A stretch of 20,000 nucleotides of DNA from an uncultured virus (IMG/VR IMGVR_UViG_2541047320_000011) (IMGVR_UViG_2541047320_000011:115823-135822); one strand, 5' to 3'; positions 1-7,969 are shown, numbered from the stretch's first letter. Notes: generated from the letters alone by a model not told the origin. Program-made: numbers and translations.

Positions 1-372
1 TGGGATATAAAAAATGGAACTTTAACTAAAGTATTAGATATTTATAAGGAAATCATTTCAAATAAATTTTCAGATGTAACATTTTCAGGAGGAGACCCAC
101 TTCTACAACTGCAAGGATTTGTTCATTTAGCTAAATTAATTAAAAAGAATACAAACAAAACAATATGGTGTTATACAGGTTTTAAGTTTGAAGAACTCAT
201 AACAGACAATGAAAAGCTAGAATTGTTAAAATTAATAGATGTTCTTGTAGATGGAAAATTTGAAGAAGATAAAAAATCTTTAGAGTTAATTTTTAAAGGT
301 TCATCAAATCAAAGGATAATTGATGTTCAACAATCATTAAATAAAAAACAAGTAATACTATATATGAATTAA
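1..372 (+). CDS. nrdG: Anaerobic ribonucleoside-triphosphate reductase activating protein (radical SAM), 5'-truncated by window edge
   Basis: Manual frame-1 translation WDIKNG...VTFSGGDPLLQ...IWCYTGF...IDVLVDGKFEED...FKGSSNQRIIDV, typical NrdG C-terminal motifs; stop TAA 370-372. Confidence 0.93.
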   Translation, partial: WDIKNGTLTKVLDIYKEIISNKFSDVTFSGGDPLLQLQGFVHLAKLIKKNTNKTIWCYTGFKFEELITDNEKLELLKLIDVLVDGKFEEDKKSLELIFKGSSNQRIIDVQQSLNKKQVILYMN

Positions 373-393
373 GAAGGGAAATTTCCCTTCTTA
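370..393. repeat. Perfect 24-bp palindrome TAAGAAGGGAAA/TTTCCCTTCTTA
   Basis: Read directly; starts at the nrdG stop and abuts SD AGGAGGTG (393-400). Confidence 0.85.
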
Positions 394-404
394 GGAGGTG
401 ATTT

Positions 405-431
405 TTGACTAAAGAAGAATTTATGAAATAA
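405..431 (+). pseudogene. 8-codon micro-ORF or gene stump MTKEEFMK
   Basis: Strong SD AGGAGGTG 393-400, TTG 405, stop TAA 429-431 inside the left arm of the TAAAA-N6-TTTTAA motif. Confidence 0.4.
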
Positions 432-450
432 AATATGTGTTTTAATATGA
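429..450 (+). repeat. Intergenic motif copy 1: TAAAA-TATGTG-TTTTAA-TATGA
   Basis: Same pattern at 2289 and 3680. Confidence 0.7.
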
Positions 451-466
451 ATTGGAGGTAAAATTT

Positions 467-1000
467 ATGTTGAATTTATTAATAAAAGATATACATGGTG
501 GAGATACGATATATTGTATAAAAGATATTGAATGTTATAAAAAAGGAGAATTTTATACAGTAGGTACTGGAGAATATATAAGTCAATTTTATAAAATGAG
601 AGGTGGGACTACAATAGGGTATTGTTTCATTCGTGTGCCAACTGAAGATGAGCTAGAAAATGAATTTATTCAATTGAAGTTTTTAAAAGATGATTTATCT
701 AAAGATAATATTGCAGAAATAAATTGTAAAAATTTTCAAGAATTTAAAGATAAGATAGCATCTTGTGATTCAATATGTTTTTTACATAATAAAGATTTCA
801 ATTTTAGTGATTTGGATGATAATTTCATGAAAGATGTAATAATAGAATTTGGAGAAATAATAGATTGGGGAAGAAGAGTAAATCAATTGATTAATTTCAC
901 TAATTTATATATTAGGTCAGAAGATAAGCTTAAATCAATGACTAAAGAAGAAATAGAAGATGAATTAGGATATAAAATTAAAATAGCTTCTAAACAATAA
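467..1000 (+). CDS. Hypothetical phage protein with C-terminal MTKEEIEDELGYKIKI segment
   Basis: ORF track 452..1000; SD GGAGG 454-458 favours ATG 467. Confidence 0.8.
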   Translation: MLNLLIKDIHGGDTIYCIKDIECYKKGEFYTVGTGEYISQFYKMRGGTTIGYCFIRVPTEDELENEFIQLKFLKDDLSKDNIAEINCKNFQEFKDKIASCDSICFLHNKDFNFSDLDDNFMKDVIIEFGEIIDWGRRVNQLINFTNLYIRSEDKLKSMTKEEIEDELGYKIKIASKQ

Positions 1001-1017
1001 AGCGAGGTGATATTATA

Positions 1018-1824
1018 TTGAATATCTTCAATAAAAAATATGGTAGAAATGTAAAAATAACAGAGGCAGAACCTCCTTCTCCTCCTCCCAAACAACCAAA
1101 CTTCGATATGGATAATATACAATATGATAAAGAAATGAAAAGAAAGCTATTAGAAATGGAAAAAATAAAAATAGACTCAGAAATGAAAAAAAATAGTGAA
1201 GAATGGATTTGGATTGAAGGATATAAGGGTACAGATAGAGATATGAAATGTAGAAACTTTCAGTATGAACTAAATAAAACTTATAGTGTTGAAGAAATAC
1301 ATAGAGGAAATATAAATATATATGACTATGGATTCCATTTGTGTTTAGATTTAAAAGATGTTTTCAGATGTTATAATTTAAATTTAAGTAATAGATTTTT
1401 CAAAGTAAAAGCCTTAGTTAGAAGAGAGGATAAATATAAGTATGAGATGGAACAATCTTTTTCATCAATACGTCCAGGAGCAAAATATAGCATAGGTGCT
1501 AAAGAAATAATACTTTTTAGAGAATTAACTTTTGAAGAATTAAAACAAGATATCCAAGACAAGTTTCCTAAAATAAACAATGAACTGGAATGGAATCTTA
1601 TCAAAAAATTAGGTATTTATAAATATTACAATAAAATATTTATAAATAAAATGAAAGAAATTGGTTATTCAGATATTTTTTCACAGGTTTTATTTGATGA
1701 ATATCATCCGTTAATAAATCCACATAGAACTATGAATATACTTGACAAGGCAATTGCATATTCAAAAGAAAATTTATCTAAAGATATGATAATATATTTG
1801 CTTATGAAAGATATAAGAAAGTAA
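1018..1824 (+). CDS. Conserved phage hypothetical protein (YKG..KCR..QYE / GFH.C motif, DUF7666-like) with Pro-rich N-terminus
   Basis: 268-aa ORF, SD GAGGTG, TTG start; motif GYKGTDRDMKCRNFQYE...GFHLC...NRFFKV. Confidence 0.75.
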   Translation: MNIFNKKYGRNVKITEAEPPSPPPKQPNFDMDNIQYDKEMKRKLLEMEKIKIDSEMKKNSEEWIWIEGYKGTDRDMKCRNFQYELNKTYSVEEIHRGNINIYDYGFHLCLDLKDVFRCYNLNLSNRFFKVKALVRREDKYKYEMEQSFSSIRPGAKYSIGAKEIILFRELTFEELKQDIQDKFPKINNELEWNLIKKLGIYKYYNKIFINKMKEIGYSDIFSQVLFDEYHPLINPHRTMNILDKAIAYSKENLSKDMIIYLLMKDIRK

Positions 1825-1847
1825 CATCTTAAAAGAATGGAGATAAT

Positions 1848-2291
1848 ATGGACAAAATAAATAAGATAGATTTGATTAAGTTAAAAGAAATGAACATATA
1901 TGATAATTATCAATTAAAAAAAATAGCAAGTAAAATGATATTACATCTAAGATATGAAATAATGGATTTTTGTGGTTGTGGTTCTCCTGATGATATATCT
2001 TTTATGATAAAAGGAGTACTGACTGCAATACAAAATAAAGAGAAAAATTGTAATTTAGAATACACAGAAAGATGTTACATATTTGAAATAGAGTTTAATA
2101 ATGTTTGTGGAATAATTGGTAGTAAAAATAATTTGATACAAGAATTTATATTAAATGCTTTAAATTCATATGGGTTGTTAGAACATGGTAGTAGTATTTG
2201 GGGGTCATGGCTATCTGATTATGGTAAACAAATATTATGTGCTTTTGAAATAGTTGGTGACTGTATTTTAGATGTTAGCTATTTAGATTAA
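1848..2291 (+). CDS. Hypothetical phage protein (CGCGSP and EHGSSIWGSWL motifs)
   Basis: 147-aa ORF with GGAG SD. Confidence 0.8.
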   Translation: MDKINKIDLIKLKEMNIYDNYQLKKIASKMILHLRYEIMDFCGCGSPDDISFMIKGVLTAIQNKEKNCNLEYTERCYIFEIEFNNVCGIIGSKNNLIQEFILNALNSYGLLEHGSSIWGSWLSDYGKQILCAFEIVGDCILDVSYLD

Positions 2292-2310
2292 AAAGTTAGT
2301 TTTAATAGGA
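2289..2310 (+). repeat. Intergenic motif copy 2: TAAAA-AGTTAG-TTTTAA-TAGGA
   Basis: Left arm contains the upstream stop codon; right flank overlaps the SD of the next gene. Confidence 0.7.
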
Positions 2311-2320
2311 GGTGGTAATT

Positions 2321-2977
2321 ATTAAATATGTAATGAGTGACCTACATGGTATGTATGATAAATTCATTTCAATGTTAGAGAAAATCAATTTCAATTCAAA
2401 TGACCATTTATATATTTTAGGAGATGTATTAGATAGAGGGGATAAATCTTTAGAGATTATAGATTATATAAGAAAGTATAAGAATATAACTCTTCTAAAA
2501 GGTAATCATGAGTTAATGTTTCAAGAAAGTTATACAGATGTAAATAGTAGTTTTCTTTGGTTTTATAATGGAGGTAAAGATACATTTTATGATTTAGGAA
2601 TGAAGTCTTATGAATATAAAGAAAATTTTTATAAATATATTAAGAACCTTCCATATTTAGAGATAATAGATAATTTTATATTAGTTCATGCTGGACTATA
2701 CCTTCCAAATAACTATGAAAATCTCAGTATAGAGCAAATAATTGAGTTACAAGAAGAAGATATTTGTGTGTGGGATAGAGCAATATTAAATACTAATAAA
2801 CATATAAAAGGATACACAATTATTATTGGTCATACACCAACTCAAAACATTAAAGATTATGAAAAGGCTGAAATATATAAACAAGAAGGAATTATAGATA
2901 TAGACTGTGGAGCATGTTTTGATAATGGTAAGTTAGCTTGTTTAAGATTAGATGATATGAAAGAATTTTATATTTAG
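2321..2977 (+). CDS. Calcineurin-like metallophosphoesterase (PPP / lambda phosphatase-like)
   Basis: Motifs DLHG, GDVLDRG, GNHE, HAG, GHTP, IDCG; start uncertain (GTG 2312, ATT 2321 or ATG 2333). Confidence 0.92.
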   Translation: MKYVMSDLHGMYDKFISMLEKINFNSNDHLYILGDVLDRGDKSLEIIDYIRKYKNITLLKGNHELMFQESYTDVNSSFLWFYNGGKDTFYDLGMKSYEYKENFYKYIKNLPYLEIIDNFILVHAGLYLPNNYENLSIEQIIELQEEDICVWDRAILNTNKHIKGYTIIIGHTPTQNIKDYEKAEIYKQEGIIDIDCGACFDNGKLACLRLDDMKEFYI

Positions 2978-2986
2978 GAGGTATAT

Positions 2987-3241
2987 ATGATACAAGAAGT
3001 CAGACAAGAAATGCAATTAAAAAATGGTTTAGTTTTATATACAGGAGATATTATAAATGTAAAATATAAAACTATAGAAGATATAAAAGAACAATTTTGT
3101 AAGGGAAGATTAAAAAATGTAGATGAGCAATTTATACAACTAGATACAAGTGAAAAATATAATGCAACAGAAAAAACAATCTATGCATGGGATTTAATAG
3201 ATATAAAAAAGGTGAGTGATGAAAATGAAAAAAATAATTAA
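2987..3241 (+). CDS. Hypothetical protein
   Basis: 84-aa ORF, SD AGGAGG. Confidence 0.8.
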   Translation: MIQEVRQEMQLKNGLVLYTGDIINVKYKTIEDIKEQFCKGRLKNVDEQFIQLDTSEKYNATEKTIYAWDLIDIKKVSDENEKNN

Positions 3242-3560
3242 TAGTAAATATAGAGCCTTGTATTTGATAATATTTTTTCTAATATTTAATTTTGGATATA
3301 GTTTATATTTTGGAAGAAATACTGAAATTGGATTCTATTCTAATCCATCCTGTGTGGAAGAATATATATTAGATATTATAGTATTGATAGGAATATTCTT
3401 CTCAGTCATGTTAGCTAGTTTTGATATTACAAATAATTTTATTAATAATTTTAATAAAACAACAGCAGAAGAAAGTATTGAAATAAATGCTACAATTTCT
3501 AAAGAATTATATAAAGAAATTAAAGATGAAATAATGAAAGAAAATAGCATTAAAAATTAA
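3219..3560 (+). CDS. Hypothetical membrane protein (two predicted TM helices)
   Basis: Hydrophobic stretches ALYLIIFFLIFNFGYSLYF and ILDIIVLIGIFFSVMLASF; exact start uncertain. Confidence 0.75.
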   Translation: MKMKKIINSKYRALYLIIFFLIFNFGYSLYFGRNTEIGFYSNPSCVEEYILDIIVLIGIFFSVMLASFDITNNFINNFNKTTAEESIEINATISKELYKEIKDEIMKENSIKN

Positions 3561-3679
3561 TTAAAACAGCTAGATTTCAACGATGAGAGTGTTTGGTGCA
3601 AAAATGATGACAAAAGTAATCTGTAAAGAAAAGATTATAACACAAGGAAAACAAGGGTTTTAGAAAATCTAAATCACAA

Positions 3680-3701
3680 TAAAATGTGAATTTTAATAGG
3701 A
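3680..3701 (+). repeat. Intergenic motif copy 3: TAAAA-TGTGAA-TTTTAA-TAGGA
   Basis: Directly upstream of the gmk SD. Confidence 0.7.
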
Positions 3702-3716
3702 TTGGAGAGTGTTTAA

Positions 3717-4289
3717 ATGAATAAAATATTTGTATTTTTAGGATATTCAGGTTCAGGCAAAGACAGTATAGTAACAGAAATTTCAAAGCAATTCAATATT
3801 CCAATTCTAATATCACATACAACAAGACCTCCTCGTGGCCAATCAGAAATCATCAATAAAACCTATCATTTTGTAGATAATAAATTCTTTAAAAAAGAAA
3901 AAAATAATTTTATAGAAATGAGAAAATATATAGTTCATGATGGCGGCACTTGGCTATATGGTATACATAAATCTGAATTAGAGAATAAAAGATATGCTTT
4001 GGCTATAGTAGATGCAAGTGGATATAAGGCGTTAGAAAAATATTTTATAGGAACAAAAACTAAGTTAATACCATTTTTTATAAATACAGATGAAAATATA
4101 TTGAGAAAGAGACTTATTAATAGGGGTGATAATCCTAAAGAAATTGAGAGAAGATTAAAAGATGATAAGCTTAAGTTTAAAGATTTCCTAAATAATGAAA
4201 ATTATATTGCAATACCAAATAACACTAATCTAATTAATGCAGTAGAGCAAGTTAAAATACATATGAAAGAAGGGATTAAATGGTATTAG
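3717..4289 (+). CDS. gmk: Guanylate kinase-like NMP kinase
   Basis: P-loop GYSGSGKDS, SHTTRPPR, YHFV, WLYG, LRKRLINRGD...IERRL. Confidence 0.9.
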   Translation: MNKIFVFLGYSGSGKDSIVTEISKQFNIPILISHTTRPPRGQSEIINKTYHFVDNKFFKKEKNNFIEMRKYIVHDGGTWLYGIHKSELENKRYALAIVDASGYKALEKYFIGTKTKLIPFFINTDENILRKRLINRGDNPKEIERRLKDDKLKFKDFLNNENYIAIPNNTNLINAVEQVKIHMKEGIKWY

Positions 4290-4774
4290 CCTTAGATGTA
4301 TCGCTATCTTCAACTGGATGGGCAATTATAAATAGTAATAAAGAAATATTAGAATATGGAAAAATAGTAACTAAAAAGGAAAACTTCGATACTGAAGATG
4401 AGAGAATGTGCTATATCTGTAATACAATTCAAGAGATAATTACAACTCATAATATTCAAATAGTTTTAGTTGAAGACCAATTCACTTCAAGAAATTCTAA
4501 AACAATTCTTAGTTTAAGAAAACTCTTAGGAGCAATAATGAGAACTGTTAAATTAAATAATATAGAAATTGAATATATGTATCCAGTTTCTATTAGAAAA
4601 TATCTTATGAATAGTGGTAAAGTAAAAAAAGAAGAAGTAGCTATTTATGTAAGAGAAAATATTATTGATATTGGAGAGTACATTGATAGGACTTGTAAGG
4701 CTAAAACAAGTGATATATATGATGCTATAGCACTTGGGATAGCTTATTTAAACAAACTTAATACTAATAAATAA
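4280..4774 (+). CDS. ruvC: RuvC-like Holliday junction resolvase
   Basis: LALDVSLSSTGWA, VEDQF, KKEEV, DIYDAIALG acidic catalytic pattern. Confidence 0.85.
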   Translation: MVLALDVSLSSTGWAIINSNKEILEYGKIVTKKENFDTEDERMCYICNTIQEIITTHNIQIVLVEDQFTSRNSKTILSLRKLLGAIMRTVKLNNIEIEYMYPVSIRKYLMNSGKVKKEEVAIYVRENIIDIGEYIDRTCKAKTSDIYDAIALGIAYLNKLNTNK

Positions 4775-4797
4775 TTTTAAAAAGGGAGATTAAATTA

Positions 4798-5304
4798 ATG
4801 AGTATAAATATTAAAGTAAAAAAATTAAACCAAGATGCAATAGTACCATCTTATGCAAAAGAAGGTGATAGTGGGATAGATTTATATACACTGAAAGATA
4901 CAGTAATTCCAGCTAAGTCAACAGTAGCAATACCTACAGGTATAGCATTAGAAATTCCATATGGATATGAAATGCAAGTCAGACCTAGAAGTGGTATAAG
5001 CTTAAAAGGAATGTTATTTACAAGAGATGCGACTGTATGTGATAAAGAGCAACTTAAAAAACAAATTAGAAAAGCTTTTGTAGTACATCCAACTGTGCGA
5101 CTAGGTACGATAGATTCGGGATATCGAGGTGAAATTAAAATAATTACATATAATGAAGAGAATTTTGAGATTCTAATTTCTAAGAACACTAAATTAGCTC
5201 AAGGTGTATTTCAACAAGTTCCAAGAGCTATATTAAAAGTTGTAGATGAATTGACTAGCTCTGAAAGAGGTAATAGTGGTTTTGGAAGTACTGGTATAAA
5301 ATAA
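4798..5304 (+). CDS. dut: Trimeric dUTPase
   Basis: Motifs SGIDL, RPRSG, GTIDSGYRGEI, LAQGV, RGNSGFGSTG. Confidence 0.95.
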   Translation: MSINIKVKKLNQDAIVPSYAKEGDSGIDLYTLKDTVIPAKSTVAIPTGIALEIPYGYEMQVRPRSGISLKGMLFTRDATVCDKEQLKKQIRKAFVVHPTVRLGTIDSGYRGEIKIITYNEENFEILISKNTKLAQGVFQQVPRAILKVVDELTSSERGNSGFGSTGIK

Positions 5305-5444
5305 TGCCTAAATATATAATCCTAGAAAAATACAATTATTACTATGATGACAAGTGTCATACTTTATATCATTTAGAAAATATCTATACAGGATTAAGAT
5401 TTTCTATTGAAAAAAATGAATTAGAGTACTATAATATATCCTAG
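5304..5444 (+). CDS. Small hypothetical protein, 46 aa (MPKYIILEKYNYYYDD...)
   Basis: Manual translation; ATG overlaps the dut stop (TAATG). Confidence 0.55.
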   Translation: MPKYIILEKYNYYYDDKCHTLYHLENIYTGLRFSIEKNELEYYNIS

Positions 5445-5467
5445 ACTAACTTTGGGAGGAGTATTAA

Positions 5468-5641
5468 ATGTACAGATATGATGATTATGTAAATTTAATA
5501 AATGACTTAGAGTTACCAGAAGAAATTAGGAATAAATGTGTTAGAGTTGTAATGACATTGGAAAATATGCAAGATATTATGGTTGTTCATAAATTTAAAA
5601 CGTATGTTGTTAATGAAAAATACATTGAAAAAGTAGCATAA
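5468..5641 (+). CDS. Small hypothetical protein, 57 aa (MYRYDDYVNLINDLELP...)
   Basis: Manual translation; SD GGAGG about 8 nt upstream. Confidence 0.7.
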   Translation: MYRYDDYVNLINDLELPEEIRNKCVRVVMTLENMQDIMVVHKFKTYVVNEKYIEKVA

Positions 5642-5649
5642 AACTGATT

Positions 5650-5683
5650 AAGTCATCTATTAATTTAGGTGGCTTTTTTATTT
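5650..5683 (+). terminator. Intrinsic terminator ending the early operon
   Basis: Stem AAGTCATCTA/TAGGTGGCTT (with G-U pairs) followed by a T-run. Confidence 0.75.
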
Positions 5684-5684
5684 A

Positions 5685-5744
5685 TGTCGAATATTTCATC
5701 TACTTCATATTGTATTAGACGCTATAATTAAAATATATGTCGAA
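5685..5744 (+). promoter_or_regulatory. Putative promoter of the NERD gene flanked by two TGTCGAA (Spo0A-box consensus) sites
   Basis: TGTCGAA at 5685-5691 and 5738-5744; TATAAT at 5723-5728; no good -35. Confidence 0.45.
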
Positions 5745-5750
5745 AGGTAG

Positions 5751-6509
5751 ATGGTGAGGATGTTTAAGGAGATATTTGAAAAGGTATTTATGTCAGAAGA
5801 GATTAGTAAAACTGTAAAAGAAGTTAATAATATTATTAAGGATACTAAGATACAAGTAAAAGGTGGATTTGGAGAACTTAGATTAGATTTTATACTTAGC
5901 AGATTAGGCAAAGATTACATAATAATTAAAGACATTATTGTACCAGGCTCAAATAAGACTACACAAATTGATAGTATTGTGATTTCTATGTATGGAATAT
6001 TTGTTATAGAATGTAAAAATTTTAGTGGATATATTTACGGAAATGATAAAGATAAAGTATGGACTCAAATTGTAGGAAAAACTAAAAGTACATTCTATAA
6101 TCCGGTAAGACAAAATTATGCTCATATTAAAGCAATAGAAAATATAATAGGAAATAAATATAATATATATTCAATAATTGTTTTTTCAGACAAAGCTACA
6201 CTAAAAAATGTAATGATAAGTGGAAATAATATTAGAGTTATAAATGAAAGTGAAATATTAAGTACAATAAGTAAATGCAAAGATGTGACTATTGATAAAG
6301 AAGAAATAAAAATTATCAGAGATAAAATTTTTGATTGTATGAAAACCACTAATCAAAATACTAGAGAGCATGTTAGAAATTTAAAAAATATTACTGAAGA
6401 GGATAAATGTCCTAGATGTCAAATTGGACATTTGATTAAAAGAAAAGGTCAGTATGGTGAATTTTGGGGATGTAGTCAATATCCAAAATGTAAATATACT
6501 AGAAAATAA
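5751..6509 (+). CDS. NERD-domain nuclease-related protein with C-terminal topoisomerase-type C4 zinc ribbon
   Basis: KGGFGE, TTQIDSIVIS.YGIFVIECKN, FYNPVRQN..H; C-terminal CPRC...GEFWGCSQYPKC. Confidence 0.9.
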   Translation: MVRMFKEIFEKVFMSEEISKTVKEVNNIIKDTKIQVKGGFGELRLDFILSRLGKDYIIIKDIIVPGSNKTTQIDSIVISMYGIFVIECKNFSGYIYGNDKDKVWTQIVGKTKSTFYNPVRQNYAHIKAIENIIGNKYNIYSIIVFSDKATLKNVMISGNNIRVINESEILSTISKCKDVTIDKEEIKIIRDKIFDCMKTTNQNTREHVRNLKNITEEDKCPRCQIGHLIKRKGQYGEFWGCSQYPKCKYTRK

Positions 6510-6529
6510 AAAACAACCTCTTAAATTCG

Positions 6530-6551
6530 ATTTTAAGGCTTTGTAAAAATT
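6530..6551 (+). repeat. Left inverted repeat flanking the integrase (ATTTTAAGGCTTTGTAAAAATT)
   Basis: Reverse complement of 7970-7991 at 21/22; 18-bp perfect core. Confidence 0.8.
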
Positions 6552-6626
6552 AATACTTATAATTAATCCTATTCAGAAATTTGATTGCTTAAAACGCAAA
6601 ATATAAAAAAATAATAAATTACTAGT

Positions 6627-6659
6627 ATAAGACATAGAATTGTGTATTCTATGTCTTAT
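6627..6659. terminator. 14-bp stem hairpin, probable terminator for the NERD gene
   Basis: ATAAGACATAGAAT-TGTGT-ATTCTATGTCTTAT followed by T-rich sequence. Confidence 0.65.
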
Positions 6660-6757
6660 TTCTTTATAATTAAGTAATTTCAATAATTATATAAATAAAA
6701 GAATTAAAAAAGTCAGTTGAAAGTCAGCTAAAATGACTATTTTTTGCCTCCTCTGTA

Positions 6758-6766
6758 TGGTATAAT
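6758..6766 (+). promoter_or_regulatory. Extended -10 promoter (TGGTATAAT) for the integrase
   Basis: TGnTATAAT about 30 nt upstream of SD AGGAGG / ATG 6798. Confidence 0.6.
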
Positions 6767-6797
6767 AAGTATATGAATTTTCATAGGAGGGATAACC

Positions 6798-7910
6798 ATG
6801 AACGCTTTTATAAGAAAAAGAAATAAAAATTATGTAGTGTACTTAGAATTTAGAGATGATGAATCAGGAAAAAGAAAACAAAAAAATATGGGAGCATTTG
6901 ATAAAAAAAGAGATGCTAATAAAAGATTGGCTGAAGTTAAGGACAGTATATATAAAGATAGTTTTCTTGTCCCAAATGAAATCACTCTAGCTGGATTTCT
7001 ATTAGACTTTCTTGAAAAATATAAAGATAATATTTCGGCATCTACATATAAAAGCTATATTGCTATTTGTAAAAATCATATTAATCCTTCTATTGGAAAA
7101 TATCGTCTTCAAGAGTTGAGAAATATTCATATACAGAATTATATAGATGATTTAGCTGGTAACTTAAACCCTCAAACTATTAAAGTACATATAAATGTAT
7201 TGAGACTTGCAATAAAGAGAGCGTATAGAATTAAGTTAATAAAAGAAAATATTATAGATGGAATAGAGAGTCCAAGAATTAAAAAATTTAAAAATGAAAT
7301 TTATGATAAAGAGCATATGTTAAAATTATTAGAAGTAGCTAAAGGAACTAATCTTGAGCTTCCTATTAGTTTGGCTATAGGTCTAGGATTGAGACTTTCA
7401 GAAGTTTTGGGATTAACTTGGGATAATATTGATTTTGATGAAAATACAATAACAGTAAATAAGATAACTAGTAGATTAGATGGTTCTGTTATACTTAAAG
7501 AGCCAAAGACAGAAAGCTCTGTTAGAAAAATATTTGCACCAATAGAGCTTATGAATTTACTAAAAAATTATAGGCTGGAGCAGAATAAGAAGTTATTGAG
7601 AAGTATTGTTAGAAATGAATATAACTTACTATTTTTTGATAGAAAAGGGAATCCAATTGCTGAAGATGTAATGAGTAAGAAATTTAGAAAATTCTTAGAG
7701 AATAATGACTTGCCTCATATTAGATTTCATGACTTAAGACATTCGCACGTTACTTTACTTATAAATTCTAAAGTACCTATAAAAGTTATATCTGAAAGGG
7801 TAGGACATTCAAATATTAATACTACTCTTAATGTATATTCTCATGTACTTAAAGAAATGGACAAAGAAGCTTCTGATAGAATATCTGAAAACTTATTTAA
7901 GGCTAATTAA
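6798..7910 (+). CDS. int: Tyrosine site-specific integrase (arm-binding N-terminus, ICEBs1/Tn916-like)
   Basis: GLRLSE, KEPKT, HDLRHS, RVGHSN, VYSH catalytic R-K-H-R-H-Y set. Confidence 0.95.
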   Translation: MNAFIRKRNKNYVVYLEFRDDESGKRKQKNMGAFDKKRDANKRLAEVKDSIYKDSFLVPNEITLAGFLLDFLEKYKDNISASTYKSYIAICKNHINPSIGKYRLQELRNIHIQNYIDDLAGNLNPQTIKVHINVLRLAIKRAYRIKLIKENIIDGIESPRIKKFKNEIYDKEHMLKLLEVAKGTNLELPISLAIGLGLRLSEVLGLTWDNIDFDENTITVNKITSRLDGSVILKEPKTESSVRKIFAPIELMNLLKNYRLEQNKKLLRSIVRNEYNLLFFDRKGNPIAEDVMSKKFRKFLENNDLPHIRFHDLRHSHVTLLINSKVPIKVISERVGHSNINTTLNVYSHVLKEMDKEASDRISENLFKAN

Positions 7911-7969
7911 TAATTATTATCAATAAATACAAAATTAATAATAAAAGCAAAGGTATAAACATAAAGGGG

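Noticed and set aside
883..6349. Minus-strand ORFs 883-1122, 1371-1604, 3335-3550, 3577-3786, 4851-5189, 5705-5911, 6122-6349
   Set aside because: Antisense shadows of well-supported + strand genes, with no recognisable motifs
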